A DNA stretch of 63,331 bases, filler included, from Gonapodya sp. JEL0774 (taxonomy: Eukaryota), in assembly GCA_027604505.1 (NCBI GenBank). It is 43 parts of 43 records of this genome, joined end to end, with 100 filler letters (N's around TTAATTAATTAA, not from the genome) between each part and the next. Parts side by side here need not be neighbours in the genome. Positions count along the whole stretch, not along the records: positions 61,968 to 63,331 come from JADIIX010003272.1; 42 more parts are not named here. The stretch is one strand, 5' to 3'. Of this stretch, positions 61,868 to 63,331 are shown one piece after another. The notes beneath the pieces were generated by a model that saw only the letters and a program-made list of their open reading frames with translations, was not told where the DNA came from and did no database searches. Both the position numbers and the translations under genes were made by a program. Position 1 is the first letter of the stretch; each line of letters opens with the position of its first letter.

Positions 61868-63331
61868 NNNNNNNNNNNNNNNNNNNNNNNNNNNNNNNNN
61901 NNNNNNNNNNNTTAATTAATTAANNNNNNNNNNNNNNNNNNNNNNNNNNNNNNNNNNNNNNNNNNNNTTGGATTCGGCTCCCCAGTTTCATTTGCCCACA
62001 TCAACACCCACTTATTATATGCTCATTTCAGCTCTGGCGGTGCTTCCAAAGAGCTCGTGGCGATCGTTGGTGCTGGCTTGATATGTGGAGTGATCCGGCA
62101 TACACATATTCGTAAGAATCAGAAGTATATTTGTTGTGAGGCGCTGCGAGCAATTGCGGCGCTCATTTGGCAGAAACAAGGTTTGTTGGTTTCAATGCAT
62201 TGAGTCCGATTCTCTTCGGGAGCCCGTGTGTTCCCCGATATTCGTAGAAGCATGATTCCCGTTATCGAGGAACGCGAAGGCTTCATTGCGCTCCCCGACG
62301 GCTGAGGTCCGTGCGAAGGAGACTTGATCTCGTGGTACTTAATGAGCAGAGGAGTCGAGAGGGCGGAACGATGTTGCGAGTGGAGAGGCAGACGATGAAG
62401 GCTCACGATCTCTAATTTTCGCGACAACAACTATCATGTGAACTCACCCTTGGCAGCCACCAGCAGTTTCCGCAAATCAACTTCCGGTACACTCGCTATC
62501 AGCAGATTGTTGCGCTTCTCCGAGCCGGAGGTCCACCTCACCATCCATCGCACTCACTCACTTCACTTCACGTCCGGCATTTTCAATAACCAAGAACGGT
62601 GATGTGAATATTCAGAGCAGCAAACAGTCCGCCCGGAATCCATATCCACCTAGCCCATGCTCCACGGTAGAGGGCGTTGAAAAATTTGTGAATCGAGGTG
62701 AATGTCGTTGGGAGGGGGGATTCTCAGGTTCGACTGAGCACATGGCGTTTTCTCCGCGTCCAGCCTTGTGCACCTCTCGCAGACGCCCACAAACGTTTTT
62801 CGGATCAGACCACCCGTACTCAACTCTTTGCGAACCTGAAGTGTGCGAAGGGAGCGAGGCTGAGGCTTTTGATTTGTGTGTGTGTGTTGAAAGCAGACCC
62901 GCAGTTGTTGCTGTGATCTACCACACTTGTCGTAGTGTCCCGTACTTGGACTGTTGAACTGGTGTAGAGGTCATAGGAGAACATTCCAGATGACGAATTC
63001 AGAAAGGAATCATGCTTTCACCCAGAAGTAGCCATCTATTCAGAAGGCTTGAATACGAAATGCGTGCAGTCTAATAATGGTTCTGGCAGATTCTTATTTT
63101 CTCGGAGGCATTTCAGCATGTGCTATACCGCTGGGCACTGAGAGTGCCAAGTGCAAGCGCCATTTGTTGCAATGGCGATTGAGCCAGCTTGAATTGTTGA
63201 GCAGCCATCATCAGACTTCAGTGAACGTTACCATATGCCAAAGCGCAAGCATGAATTCAAGTGATCAGTGCGCGCTCGGATGTGGTGATGATTGATGAAT
63301 CATCCTCGTTTACAGCCACATTGCACAAACA

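Noticed and set aside
61968..63331. Last contig, possible minus-strand exons near 62120-62545
   Set aside because: No recognisable homology; evidence is insufficient.

Overview
This window is not contiguous DNA. It is 43 short contigs (1388 bp decreasing to 1364 bp, i.e. size-sorted) joined by 42 identical artificial 100-bp spacers (44 N + TTAATTAATTAA + 44 N), so neighbourhood across spacers has no biological meaning. The content is an intron-rich eukaryote with short GT-AG introns. A fungal transcription-factor domain, a CE4-like protein and a PLK4-type polo box point to a zoosporic (chytrid-grade) fungus (inference). Most contigs are fragments of ordinary genes: dynactin p62, ABCB transporter, DMC1, SMU1, auxilin-like, MFE-2 hydratase, HEM13, NOC2, APD1-like, TM9SF, PTC5, TRM2 and a tRNA-Ser(GCT). 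The unusual items are: (1) an intron-containing, bacterial beta-class-like DNA amino-methyltransferase (N4C/N6A) fragment split by a 74-bp TGTTGA...TCAACA mini-LTR with a perfect 5-bp target-site duplication (42892-43676); (2) an intronless, truncated giant-virus-type D5 primase/helicase relic (1-620); (3) a 640-bp dimeric higher-order satellite of two 320-bp monomers (41420-42791); (4) a Ty1/copia pol cut off by a repeat starting TGTTGAGATA that recurs next to the methyltransferase; (5) a GH13_32-like alpha-amylase, a CE4 protein apparently lacking catalytic residues, and a polyproline linker built from symmetric mini-exons. All family calls come from recognising motifs by eye; no database search was run.
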